A DNA stretch of 64,000 bases from Planctomycetota bacterium (GTDB lineage: Bacteria > Planctomycetota > UBA1135 > UBA2386). The stretch lies in contig OZ245006.1 in the NCBI GenBank assembly GCA_965223545.1, forward strand, positions 3,328,001-3,392,000, read 5' to 3'. A program made the position numbers and the translations under genes. The notes below the pieces were generated by a model. That model had not been told where the DNA came from, made no database searches, and saw only the letters and a program-made list of their open reading frames with translations. Below are positions 19,497-30,831 of this stretch, piece after piece. Numbering within the stretch: position 1 is the first letter of the stretch; every line of letters begins with the position of its first letter.

Positions 19497-19988
19497 GTGA
19501 CCGACCCGCCGCCTTCTCTCGACGCGATCGACCGCCAGCTGCTCGGTCTCCTGCAGCGAGACGGTCGACTGACCAACAAGGAGCTCGCGGCGCGCGTCGG
19601 CCTCGCCCCGTCGTCGTGCTTGGCCCGCGTGCAGCGGCTCGTCGACCGCGGCGTGATCCGCGGCCACACGGCCCTGGTCGATCCCGAGGCCGTCGGCCTG
19701 CGCATCCAGGCCCTGGTGTTCGTCCAGCTGCAGTCGCACCGCGCCGGCGCGACCGAATCGCTGCGCGACCATCTGCTCCGGTTCGACGAAGTCCTCCAGC
19801 TGTATCACATCGGCGGGGCGCAAGACCTCGTCGTGCACATCGCCGTCCGCGATACCGATCACCTGCGCGCCGTGGTCATGGACCGCATCGCCGTGCACGA
19901 GCAGATCCGACACATCGAGACCAACATCGTCTTCGAGCACCACCGCGCGCCGGTACCCGCAACGACCGCTCACCGCACGTCGCCCTAG
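19497..19988 (+). CDS. Lrp/AsnC family transcriptional regulator
   Basis: LDAIDRQLLGLLQRDGRLTNKELAARVGLAPSSCLARVQRLVDRGVIRG...IETNIVF. GTG start at 19497, inside the over-extended ORF 18597..19988. Confidence 0.92.
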   Translation: MTDPPPSLDAIDRQLLGLLQRDGRLTNKELAARVGLAPSSCLARVQRLVDRGVIRGHTALVDPEAVGLRIQALVFVQLQSHRAGATESLRDHLLRFDEVLQLYHIGGAQDLVVHIAVRDTDHLRAVVMDRIAVHEQIRHIETNIVFEHHRAPVPATTAHRTSP

Positions 19989-20146
19989 TCCCCGGTCTTG
20001 CCTGCGGTGCGGCGCCTTGCGACGACCACTTGCCGCCCCGCCGCCGCCGTCAGCCCGTCACCCAGGAAAACGTGCAACTCGTGCTATGATCCGCACGTTG
20101 TAGACGAGAAGTGCGAGGCCGTCCCGACGCCCCGCACAGGACGCCC

Positions 20147-20611
20147 ATGGACCCGCGCCACCAACTCATGCAGATCGGTGAGTTCGCCAAGCTGGCGGGC
20201 ACCAATCTGCGCACGCTGCGCTACTACGAGGAGCTCGCCCTGCTGCAGCCCGCCGACCGCAGCGAGGGGGGCTTCCGGCTCTATCGGCGCAGCCAGCTCG
20301 ACCGGCTCGAGGCCATCAAACGGCTGCAGAGCCTCGGCCTCAGCCTGAAGGAGATCGCCGACGCGCTCGGGCCGGCGCAGCCGTGTGCCTCGGTGCTCGG
20401 CCAGTTGCGGCCCGCGCTGGAGCGGCAGATCGCGCTGACCAGCGACAAGATCGAGCGCTTGCAGGCAGAGCTGGGCCAACTGACCACGGCACGGCAGCGC
20501 CTGATCGACGTCTGCCAGCACTGCGACGAGCACCCGTCGCTCGAGCGTTGCGACCCCTGCCCGCACGACCAGGTGCCGCTGCCGCCCGTGCTGCGCGCGC
20601 TGCTGTCGTAG
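20147..20611 (+). CDS. MerR family transcriptional regulator with C-terminal CxxC-x8-CxxC
   Basis: MQIGEFAKLAGTNLRTLRYYEELALLQPADRSEGGFRLY...LGLSLKEI; C-terminal CQHCDEHPSLERCDPC. Confidence 0.9.
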   Translation: MDPRHQLMQIGEFAKLAGTNLRTLRYYEELALLQPADRSEGGFRLYRRSQLDRLEAIKRLQSLGLSLKEIADALGPAQPCASVLGQLRPALERQIALTSDKIERLQAELGQLTTARQRLIDVCQHCDEHPSLERCDPCPHDQVPLPPVLRALLS

Positions 20612-20701
20612 CCCGCCGCCCGGAGACGCACCGGGCCACGTGGCGGTGCAAACTTGCGGCGCGCGGTGCGCACCGACACACTCGCGCCCTGGAGTGACCC
20701 C

Positions 20702-22786
<2,085 letters not shown>

Positions 22787-22894
22787 ACTGGCCTCCTGTG
22801 CAAATCGGTTTCCCCGGGGCGCCCGCACCCGGTACGGTACAGCCTCGAGTCACGCGCTCGATCGAACGCCAGCGGTCAGCTGAGAGGTAGCAAC

Positions 22895-23305
22895 GTGTCC
22901 GACAGCCTGCACTCCGACACCATCACCGAGGGGGTCCGCGTCCAAGCCGCCGCCCAGTTCTTGCCCAGCGACTCCGACCCTTCGGCGAACAACTTCTGCT
23001 ACGCGTACCGCATCACGATCTACAACGAGGGTGACCGCCGCGCGCGCCTGCTGACCCGCCATTGGATCATCCGCGACGCCAACGGCAACCGACAGGACGT
23101 CAAGGGCCCCGGCGTCGTCGGCGAGTACCCCGACCTCGCCCCCAACGAGAGCTTCAGCTACGTCAGCGGCTGCCCGCTGCAGACGGAGTGGGGCACGATG
23201 GAGGGCAGCTACACGATGGAACGCGAGGACGGCGATCGGTTCGCGGTGCAGATCGGGCGGTTCTTCTTGGTGCCGACCGCGCCGCCGATCGAGGTGCCGC
23301 GCTGA
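22895..23305 (+). CDS. apaG: ApaG domain protein
   Basis: FCYAYRITIYNEG...LLTRHWIIRDANG...VKGPGVVGEYPDLAPNESFSYVSGCPLQTEWGTMEGSY; GAGG upstream of the GTG. Confidence 0.95.
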   Translation: MSDSLHSDTITEGVRVQAAAQFLPSDSDPSANNFCYAYRITIYNEGDRRARLLTRHWIIRDANGNRQDVKGPGVVGEYPDLAPNESFSYVSGCPLQTEWGTMEGSYTMEREDGDRFAVQIGRFFLVPTAPPIEVPR

Positions 23306-23317
23306 GGTCGCTGTGCA

Positions 23318-24931
23318 TTACTTCGGCGACACGACCGACTCGTTGCCGTCGACGATGATGCGCACGCGGTAGTCGCCTTCCACCCACCGCGACTCCTTCT
23401 CCAAGTCGGCGATTAGGCGGCCGGGCTCCGAGAAGCGTCTCTCCACCTCGCACCAAACCGGTTGTCCGGCGTGGGTCAGTCGCTGCTCCAAGAACCACCG
23501 GCCCTGTCGTGACTGGCTGGCAGCCAAGAGCTGGTCGACGCGCTCGCGCTGCTCGCCGGCGACGCGGAGCGGCACGGCGGCGGGGCGAGACAACGGTGCC
23601 GGGCGCTGGCCGGCGGTCCACTGCGTCAGCGCGTTCTCCTGCACCCAGTCGATGACGATCGCACTCGATGCGCGACCGAGTCCGCGGACGATCAACCCAC
23701 CCGCGAAATTCCAACACCGCAGGCCGGGGCTCGTGACGTCGTTCGAGATCCGGACGAGCACCGGCCGACCGTCGCCCCCGACGCTCCACTGCTTCGCCAC
23801 CACGGAGTTACCGTCGAAACCGCGCAGACAGACGGACTCGCGATCCTCGACAATGCGCACGACGGCGGCGCCTTGCGCACCAGCGGCGCGCTCCACGGGG
23901 CTCGCGAAGCTCCACCCATCGCCGATCCCGAACAGCTCGACGCCGGACTGCTGCCGGCCCAACGGAAACACGGCCTGCTCGGCGCCGGCCTTCACGTCCC
24001 GTTGGCGCCACCGGCCTCCGCTCGAATCAGCGGATCGCCAGCAGACGACGCCGTCGCCGGGCACGCGGTGCGAGAACACGACTGTGGCCATCCAGGCCGG
24101 GCTCGGCGTCGCGAACCGCAGCGCACACGGCGGTGACGCGAACTGGCTCTGGCCGCGGTCCTGGTCGTCGGTCACGTGGAATGCATACGGTGCATCGACG
24201 ACCAGACCATCGATCACGCCTTCGCGGCCCGTGAACTCCACCTGCCGATCGCGCACCACGACCCAACCGCCGAGCTGCGGGCGCGCGCGGAGGTGCCGCC
24301 CCCAGCGCCAGCGACCGGTCGCAGGATCCTGCGGCACGGCGACACCAGCGACGACTTGCCCGGGAGACGGTGGTGCGTCCAGCGCACAGGTGGCACTCGT
24401 CAGCCGGCGCAGGACGATGCGAACGTCCTTCAGCGGCGGCTCGATACACACGAGCACACGCTCGAAACCCTCCGCCGTCGCCGACGCCCACAGGTTGCGC
24501 TCGCCCATCGAGCGCGCTCCGCGGTCGAGATCGAGAACGCCCTCGGCGCGCTCGGTGGCGGCGTCGGCGTCGCGCAGTAGCTGCCGCTTGCGGGCGGTGG
24601 CTTCGCTCGGCGCCACGCTCGTGTCGAAGAGCGACAACCGCGCATTCGGAATGGTCGTCCCATCTTCGTCGACGGCGTAGACCATCGGCGGACGCGCGGG
24701 CGAGAGCCGATCCTCGGCCGCATCCACAGCGTCGAGGCCACCGGCCTCGATGGCCGGCACGCGCGCCGCCTCAGCAGCCGCCCCCACGGCAGCGAGGCCA
24801 CCGGTCGCGGTCGCGACGGCGGTAACCGGCGGCATCGAGACCGGCGCTCCATCGGAGGAGTCACCGGTCGCGAGCCACAGCGATGCGGCCGTGACAACCA
24901 ACAGGATCAACGCGGTCGGGATGGCACGCAT
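23318..24931 (-). CDS. Hypothetical membrane-anchored or secreted protein with a carboxypeptidase-regulatory-like first domain
   Basis: N-terminal hydrophobic anchor, Ala/Pro linker, then VYAVDEDGTTIPNARLSL. The 537 aa ORF fills the gap convergent to apaG. Confidence 0.65.
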   Translation of the reverse strand: MRAIPTALILLVVTAASLWLATGDSSDGAPVSMPPVTAVATATGGLAAVGAAAEAARVPAIEAGGLDAVDAAEDRLSPARPPMVYAVDEDGTTIPNARLSLFDTSVAPSEATARKRQLLRDADAATERAEGVLDLDRGARSMGERNLWASATAEGFERVLVCIEPPLKDVRIVLRRLTSATCALDAPPSPGQVVAGVAVPQDPATGRWRWGRHLRARPQLGGWVVVRDRQVEFTGREGVIDGLVVDAPYAFHVTDDQDRGQSQFASPPCALRFATPSPAWMATVVFSHRVPGDGVVCWRSADSSGGRWRQRDVKAGAEQAVFPLGRQQSGVELFGIGDGWSFASPVERAAGAQGAAVVRIVEDRESVCLRGFDGNSVVAKQWSVGGDGRPVLVRISNDVTSPGLRCWNFAGGLIVRGLGRASSAIVIDWVQENALTQWTAGQRPAPLSRPAAVPLRVAGEQRERVDQLLAASQSRQGRWFLEQRLTHAGQPVWCEVERRFSEPGRLIADLEKESRWVEGDYRVRIIVDGNESVVSPK

Positions 24932-24949
24932 GGTCTGCGACTCGCTTCG

Positions 24950-25303
24950 TCAGCTCCAGCTGCTCCCTGAGAGGTCCGGCTTGGCCTTGGGGTAGCTGAC
25001 GCGCACCTCGATGACGGTGCCCTTGGGGGGCGCGCCGTCGAAAGTGATCTCGAGCGTCTTCTTGCCGGTGCCCGGCATGTGCCATTCGTACTCGCTCTCA
25101 CTGAGCTCGCGGCCGTTGACGAACACGCCTTCGCACGCGGTGATCTTGTTGTTGAACTCCATCTTGACCATCGACTTGTCGCCGGGCGCGGTGACCGACA
25201 CGTTGGTCTCGCCGCCACCTGGCGATGCCGCCGCGGGCTGAGCCATGGCGCAAGGCGCCAACAAAACGAATGCGAGGATCATCAGAAGCGCGGTACGGAG
25301 CAT
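24950..25303 (-). CDS. Small secreted protein (~117 aa, beta-rich), unknown function
   Basis: ATG 25303 preceded by GAGAAGGGG. Signal peptide MLRTALLMILAFVLLAPCAMA|Q. Lys/Glu-rich composition unlike shadow ORFs. Confidence 0.75.
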   Translation of the reverse strand: MLRTALLMILAFVLLAPCAMAQPAAASPGGGETNVSVTAPGDKSMVKMEFNNKITACEGVFVNGRELSESEYEWHMPGTGKKTLEITFDGAPPKGTVIEVRVSYPKAKPDLSGSSWS

Positions 25304-25482
25304 GGGATTCCCCTTCTCTCTGTTGCAAAAAGACTCGGATCTGGCGGGCGGCCGGTGACCGTTCACCGAGCAACGCCCGCGCTGAACATGGGCGTGGTCG
25401 CGGGATCGAACCGGAGGGTCCGAGGAGCTTTCCTTGCATCCGTAGCTCTCCGGCGGGCGAACCCGTCGGAGAGTCACAGTCC

Positions 25483-26388
25483 ATGACGAAACCCACCAAA
25501 ACGCTGCCCGCCGGCGGCAGCCTCGCGCTGGCGGCACTGGTCAGCTCGCTGGCCTCGTGCTCGACCACCTATCCGCGGCGCGACCCGACGGGCGATCTGT
25601 TCCCTTCGGTTCGGGGTAACGCGCTCGATGGAACCGAAGTCGCGCTACCGGAAGCCGGCTCCGGAGCCCCGCTGCTGTTGCTCGTCGGCTACGAGCAAGA
25701 CGCGCAGTTCGACATCGATCGCTGGTTGCTGGGCCTGTCACAAGCCGGCGTGCAGGTGCGCACCTACGAGGTCCCGGCCATTGCCGGGATGGTGCCGCGC
25801 ATGATCTCGGGCGCGATCGACGGTGGCATGCGGCGCGGAATCCCCGCTGAGGACTGGGGCGCGGTGGTCACGCTCTACGACGATGCCGCTCCCGTGGCAG
25901 CGCTCACCGGCAGCGAGGACGGGCTCACCGGTCGTGTGCTTCTCCTCGACGGGGACGGCCGCGTCACCTTCTTCCACGACCGGGGGTATTCCGTCGGTTC
26001 TCTCGAGCGGCTGCAGGCCGCGTTGGCGAAGTTGGAACCGGCTGGGGCGGCAGCTGCGATTTCCGTGCTCGAGGCGCCGCAAGCCGGTGTTCTGGTCGGC
26101 AACTGGAAGGCCGATCTGCGCCCGACACCGGACGCAGAACCCTACTTCGCTCCTTTCGTGGTGACTTCGGCCACCGAGAATGCACTCACCGGCAGCTTCT
26201 ACGGCTCGCCGATCCGCGAAGGCCGCGTCAACGTGCTCTGGGGGAAGCCGTACTTCGCGTTCGTCACCGACGATGGCTCGGGAAGCTATCACACCGCGGG
26301 CTACTGGGAAGCGGGCACGCTGCACGGCACGACGCATTCGCTGGGGCGCGATTTCGTGTCGGTGTGGACCGCGGAGCTCGAGCAGTAG
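25483..26388 (+). CDS. Lipoprotein with a thioredoxin-like (ATP10-like) domain and a C-terminal beta domain
   Basis: Lipobox SLASC; FPSVRGNALDGTEVALP, QFDIDRW, IDGGMRRGIP, VLLLDGDGRVTF. Second domain LVGNWKADLRP...LTGSFYG. GGAGAG upstream of ATG 25483. Confidence 0.65.
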   Translation: MTKPTKTLPAGGSLALAALVSSLASCSTTYPRRDPTGDLFPSVRGNALDGTEVALPEAGSGAPLLLLVGYEQDAQFDIDRWLLGLSQAGVQVRTYEVPAIAGMVPRMISGAIDGGMRRGIPAEDWGAVVTLYDDAAPVAALTGSEDGLTGRVLLLDGDGRVTFFHDRGYSVGSLERLQAALAKLEPAGAAAAISVLEAPQAGVLVGNWKADLRPTPDAEPYFAPFVVTSATENALTGSFYGSPIREGRVNVLWGKPYFAFVTDDGSGSYHTAGYWEAGTLHGTTHSLGRDFVSVWTAELEQ

Positions 26389-26446
26389 CTGCCACCGGCG
26401 GCCCGGGCGCACTTGCCCGCCACCCTCGATCTGCTCTCATGGGGTG

Positions 26447-27124
26447 ATGTCGGATGCCGAACCGACAACCTGCTGGCAGCTCGTGCACCGGGCCGCGGCC
26501 GGGCACGAACGCGATCGCGCCGCGTTCGCTGCACGCTACTTGCCGCTGGTGCGCTGCTACTTCGAGCAGCGCTGGCGCAACTGGCCGATCGCGCAGGAGA
26601 CACCGGACGCGGTGCAGGACGTCTTCGTCGAGTGCTGCTGTGCCGACGGCCCACTGGCTCGCGCGGATCCGACGCGGGGTCGCTTCCGCGCCCTGCTGGT
26701 CGGCGTCACTGCCAACGTCGCGCGACGCTACGAAGAACGCGCTGCCCGGCGAAAGGAGCGGGCGCCCGACGAGACCGCCTTCCTGCAAAACCAACCCGCG
26801 CGAGAGGCCCGGCTATCGCAGCTCTTCGACCGCCAGTGGGCGGAGGAGATCATGGCCCAAACGGCGGCCCTGATGCGCCGCCGTGCGTGCGCACCCGACG
26901 CCGTGGAGCGCTTCGAGATCCTGCGGCTGCGCTTCCAGGAGGGAGTCCCGATCCGCGAGATCGCTGCCCGATGGGATCGCCCCGCGCGCGCAGTGCACGA
27001 CGCCTACGCCAAGGCTCGCCGGGAGTTCTACGCCTGCCTCCGCGAGATCGTCGCGATCAACGGCACCGCTTCCGGCCCCCACCTCGATGAGGAGTGCCGC
27101 CAGCTGTTGGCACTCCTCGGCTGA
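26447..27124 (+). CDS. ECF sigma factor, Ser/Thr kinase-associated type
   Basis: TTCWQLVHRAAAG...FAARYLPLVRCYF...DAVQDVF...RGRFRALL...FDRQWA...IREIAARW; immediately upstream of a kinase gene. Confidence 0.85.
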   Translation: MSDAEPTTCWQLVHRAAAGHERDRAAFAARYLPLVRCYFEQRWRNWPIAQETPDAVQDVFVECCCADGPLARADPTRGRFRALLVGVTANVARRYEERAARRKERAPDETAFLQNQPAREARLSQLFDRQWAEEIMAQTAALMRRRACAPDAVERFEILRLRFQEGVPIREIAARWDRPARAVHDAYAKARREFYACLREIVAINGTASGPHLDEECRQLLALLG

Positions 27125-27153
27125 ACCGCGATCCGCCAGCGATTTCCCGTCGG

Positions 27154-27175
27154 GAAGCGCCGGTTCGGCGGAAGA
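27154..27175 (+). promoter_or_regulatory. Conserved upstream motif copy 1 (GAAGCGCCGGTTCGGCGGAAGA), putative ECF-dependent promoter
   Basis: Near-identical to 30774-30794; lies 36 nt upstream of the kinase ATG. Confidence 0.45.
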
Positions 27176-27211
27176 CCGGACCGGTAGTTAACCTCGGGGT
27201 TGACCCGAGCC

Positions 27212-30200
27212 ATGAACGAGCCTCTCGACAACAGCATCCCGCCACAGCTCGACCGGGGTCTCGCGGCGGCGTTTCGTTCGCGCGCGGCCGACCGCGGTAC
27301 CGACCCGTCCGTGATCGATCGGCTGCAAGCGCGCAGCAGCGTTCGCCTGGGGGTCGACCTGCCGTCGCCACCGAGCCCGGGGCTTCATTCCCGGGGCCCG
27401 GTCGATGGCGAAGCCAACCCGAGCACCACCCGCTACGAGATCTCGGCGGAGCTGGCGCGCGGGGGAGTCGGCATCGTCTATCGCGGACGCGATCGCGACC
27501 TCGGGCGCGACGTCGCGATCAAGGTGCTGCACCCGGACCACGCAGACCGCGACGACGTGCTGGAACGGTTCGTCGAAGAGGCCCAGATCGGCGGGCAACT
27601 GCAGCACCCTGGAATCGTCCCGGTGTACGAGCTCGGGCTGCAACACGATCAGCATCCGTTCTTCGCGATGAAGCTGGTCGAAGGCGAGACGCTGGCCGTG
27701 CTGCTGCGCAAGCGCACCGATCCCGACAGCTCACGGCACCGACTCCTCCTCGTCTTCGAGCAGGTCTGCCAAACCCTGGCCTACGCGCACGCGCGCGGCG
27801 TGGTGCATCGCGATCTGAAACCCGCCAACGTGATGGTCGGCTCGTTCGGCGAAGTCCAAGTCGTCGACTGGGGCCTCGCGAAAGTGCTGGCCCGCGGCGG
27901 CGAAGCCGGCCCGCCACGCAAGCCGCCGGCAGCACCGAACGCGGTGGCCACCGCCCGCTCGGCCTCGGGCACGGAGTCGATGGCGGGCGCGGTCCTCGGA
28001 ACGCCGGCCTACATGGCGCCGGAGCAGGCGCGCGGCGACGTCGAGGCGATGGACCAACGCAGCGATGTCTTTGCACTCGGTGCGTTGCTGTGCGAGATCC
28101 TCACCGGCGCTCCGCCGTACGAAGGCAGCCGAACCGACATTCTGCGACAGGCCATCGCGTGCGCGAACGAGCCGGCGCTGGCCCGCCTCGAGACAGCCGG
28201 GGTCGACACCGCGCTGGTCTCGCTGGTCGCCGACTGCCTGGCGGCCACGCCAGCATCACGGCCCAGCACCGCCGGGGCGGTCGCGGCGCGCCTCGGGGCG
28301 TATCTCGCGAGCGTCGAGCAGCGCGCGCGCGCATCAGAGATCCGGTCCGCGCAGCACGCACTCCGCGTCCGAGTGGTCACGGTGGCGGCAGCGGCAGTCG
28401 TAACCGTCGTGTCGATCGGAGCGGCGGGGGCGATCTGGTGGCGAGATCGGGTCGTCCGACAACAACGAGCCGCCGCCCACGACGTCGCGGTCGCTCTCGA
28501 CGAGGCGCGCACGCGGCATGGCATGGCGCAGGCGCTGCTGGCCGCCGACCGGGCGAGCGCCGAGGGCCTCGGTCGCTACGCGGAGGCCATCGCCGCCACC
28601 GAGCGGGCACTGGCACTCGCCCAAGCGGGTGACGCCGCTCTCCGACTGGAAGTCGACGCGATGCGCACGGTGCTGAAAGATCAACGCAGGTCCGCCGAGA
28701 ACACCGCCCGCGGCGTGCGCCGAGACCGCGCGCTGACGGCTGCGCTCGAGGAGGCGCGGATCGCGCCGGACGACGACGTCGGCGACCCGGCGTTCCGGCA
28801 GCGGGAGGCGAGCCGCCGGGATGCCGGCTACGCGGCGGTGTTCCGGGCGCACGGCGTCGACGTCGATGCGATGGAGCCAGAGGCCGCCGCCCAGGCCCTG
28901 CGCGGCAGCGCCGACGTCGAGGTCGCGGCGGCGCTCGACGACTGGGGGATCCAGCGCCGGCTGCTCGACCAATGGCGGACACCGTCCGCGGCGGGCACGG
29001 CCCGGCATCTGTTCGCCGTGGCACGAGTCCTCGACGGGGGCGAGCCCTGGCGACGGCGACTGCATGACGAGCTGGCACGCGAACAGCCGCGGCTTGCGAC
29101 CTTGCGCGCACTGCGGGACGAGATCGAGAGCCGCGACGCACCCGCCACGAGCTACCTGTTGCTCGCCGACGCGCTGTGGTCGGCCGGCGCTAACCAGCGA
29201 GCGATGACCCTGCTCGATGCCGGGCAGCGCCGCTATCCGGCCAGCTTCCCGCTGACGTTCTGGCTCGGTTTCCGCCACGAACAGGTCGGCCAGCACGAGG
29301 TGGCGCTGCGCCACTACGCCACCGCCCGAGCACTCCAACCGGAGAACCGGGAGGTGTGGCATCGCATCGGCAACGTCCTCGACGCACAGGGGCAGTTCGT
29401 CGAGGCAGTGAACGCGTTCGAGCACCTCGTCGAACGCGAGCCCGACAACCCGCACTGGATCTGGCATCGGGGCAAGCTGTGCGAGAAACAGGGGAAGCCG
29501 GCCGAGGCCGCGGCGGCGTACCGGCTGGCGCTAGACCGGGATCCGGACAACGCCCTGGTGCACGGCGCGCTGGGGAGACTTCGGTTCGAGCAAGGGCAAC
29601 TCGACGAGGCACGGACGCACTACGAGCGCGCCATCGCCCTCGATGCGGGCAACGCCGCCACTACTCACTACAACCTCGGCGTCCTCAACGCGCGGCAGGG
29701 CCAGCTCGACGAGGCGTTGCGCTGCTACCGGCGGGCCCTCGAGATCGACCCCGACTACGTGCGGGCGCACGAGAACCGCGGCGTTGCGCTGGCGAGTCAG
29801 GGCAAGCTCGACGAGGCCCTCGCGGCCCAACGCAAGGCGCTGCTGCTCGATCCCCAGCGAGCGGCGGCGCACTTCAATCTCGGCCTGCTGCTCACTCGAC
29901 TGGGGCGACGCGACGAAGCGATCCCGAGCTTCAGACGCGCGATCGAGATCGAGCCGGACCGCGCGCTGTTCCACTACCAGCTCGGCAACGCACTGCTCAG
30001 CGCCCGTTTCTATCGCGAAGCGAGCGCGGCGTTCCGGGCGGCGACTCGTCTCGATGCCGAGTATCCCGAAGCGCACTGCAACCTCGGTCATGCCCTCGGT
30101 GGGCTGCTGACCGACACGACGGCGGCCGCGGACCGGCGGGCGCTCTACGACGAAGCGATCGAGAGCCTACGACGCGGCCATGAGCTCGGCACGGCACGCG

Positions 30201-30751
30201 CGGGGTGGCGATACCCATCGGGGGAATGGCTTCGTCGCATGCAGGAGAGCGCTGCCGAGGAGCGCCGCTTGTTGCAGCTGGCGGCGGGCGTCGTCACGAG
30301 TCACGAGGCCCGCGACTGGGCGCGCGCGGCGCATGTCCTGAGCGATCACGGTGCGCCACTGGCGGCGGTGCGCGCCTACGAGCGCGCTGCCGCGCTCGAT
30401 CCCGAGCTCGCTGGCGATGTCGACGGCGATCATCGGTACGCCGCGGCCCGCGCAGCCGTGAGCGCGGCGACCGATTTGCTGGCGGCCGCGCGCACCGACG
30501 CCGAAGAACGTGCGCGGCTCCACGCACGCGCGCACGCTTGGTTGCGCGCCGATCTCCAACACTGGCAACGAGCAGCCGAACAGGGATCCGGCGAGGCGGC
30601 CCGCGGTGCACTCGAGTATTGGCTCGCCGACGATGCGTTCGATCGCGTTCGCGAAGCCGCGGCGCTCGACACCCTTCCCACCGAGACGGGGGAAGCATGG
30701 CGGCGGTTCTGGGCGGAGGTGAGCAAGACTCTCGATGGCATGGACGCATGA
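27212..30751 (+). CDS. Hanks-type Ser/Thr protein kinase with TM segment and TPR repeats
   Basis: LARGGVGIVY, VAIK, HRDLKPAN, DWGLAK and GTPAYMAPEQ; TM segment VVTVAAAAVVTVVSIGAAGAIWW; multiple TPRs (e.g. HYNLGVLNARQGQLDEALRCYRRALEIDP). Confidence 0.93.
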   Translation: MNEPLDNSIPPQLDRGLAAAFRSRAADRGTDPSVIDRLQARSSVRLGVDLPSPPSPGLHSRGPVDGEANPSTTRYEISAELARGGVGIVYRGRDRDLGRDVAIKVLHPDHADRDDVLERFVEEAQIGGQLQHPGIVPVYELGLQHDQHPFFAMKLVEGETLAVLLRKRTDPDSSRHRLLLVFEQVCQTLAYAHARGVVHRDLKPANVMVGSFGEVQVVDWGLAKVLARGGEAGPPRKPPAAPNAVATARSASGTESMAGAVLGTPAYMAPEQARGDVEAMDQRSDVFALGALLCEILTGAPPYEGSRTDILRQAIACANEPALARLETAGVDTALVSLVADCLAATPASRPSTAGAVAARLGAYLASVEQRARASEIRSAQHALRVRVVTVAAAAVVTVVSIGAAGAIWWRDRVVRQQRAAAHDVAVALDEARTRHGMAQALLAADRASAEGLGRYAEAIAATERALALAQAGDAALRLEVDAMRTVLKDQRRSAENTARGVRRDRALTAALEEARIAPDDDVGDPAFRQREASRRDAGYAAVFRAHGVDVDAMEPEAAAQALRGSADVEVAAALDDWGIQRRLLDQWRTPSAAGTARHLFAVARVLDGGEPWRRRLHDELAREQPRLATLRALRDEIESRDAPATSYLLLADALWSAGANQRAMTLLDAGQRRYPASFPLTFWLGFRHEQVGQHEVALRHYATARALQPENREVWHRIGNVLDAQGQFVEAVNAFEHLVEREPDNPHWIWHRGKLCEKQGKPAEAAAAYRLALDRDPDNALVHGALGRLRFEQGQLDEARTHYERAIALDAGNAATTHYNLGVLNARQGQLDEALRCYRRALEIDPDYVRAHENRGVALASQGKLDEALAAQRKALLLDPQRAAAHFNLGLLLTRLGRRDEAIPSFRRAIEIEPDRALFHYQLGNALLSARFYREASAAFRAATRLDAEYPEAHCNLGHALGGLLTDTTAAADRRALYDEAIESLRRGHELGTARAGWRYPSGEWLRRMQESAAEERRLLQLAAGVVTSHEARDWARAAHVLSDHGAPLAAVRAYERAAALDPELAGDVDGDHRYAAARAAVSAATDLLAAARTDAEERARLHARAHAWLRADLQHWQRAAEQGSGEAARGALEYWLADDAFDRVREAAALDTLPTETGEAWRRFWAEVSKTLDGMDA

Positions 30752-30773
30752 CGCGCGAGAGTTTTCTTCCTCA

Positions 30774-30794
30774 GAACCGCTGTTCGCCGGAAGA
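30774..30794 (+). promoter_or_regulatory. Conserved upstream motif copy 2 (GAACCGCTGTTCGCCGGAAGA)
   Basis: Matches 27154-27175 with one gap; lies 37 nt upstream of ATG 30832. Confidence 0.45.
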
Positions 30795-30831
30795 GCACTC
30801 AGCGCCAAGCACCTTGGCGCCACGGTGAACC

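Noticed and set aside
24929..24952. TGA at 24950-24952 is in frame with the next gene's ATG (18 nt gap), a possible second read-through
   Set aside because: The downstream ORF has its own ATG and signal anchor, there is no Cys/Sec-like context, and in-frame spacing occurs one time in three by chance.
27860..27885. Kinase has DWG instead of DFG, a possible pseudokinase
   Set aside because: The catalytic Lys, HRDLKPAN and the Mg-binding Asp are intact. DWG is a common variant in bacterial Hanks kinases.
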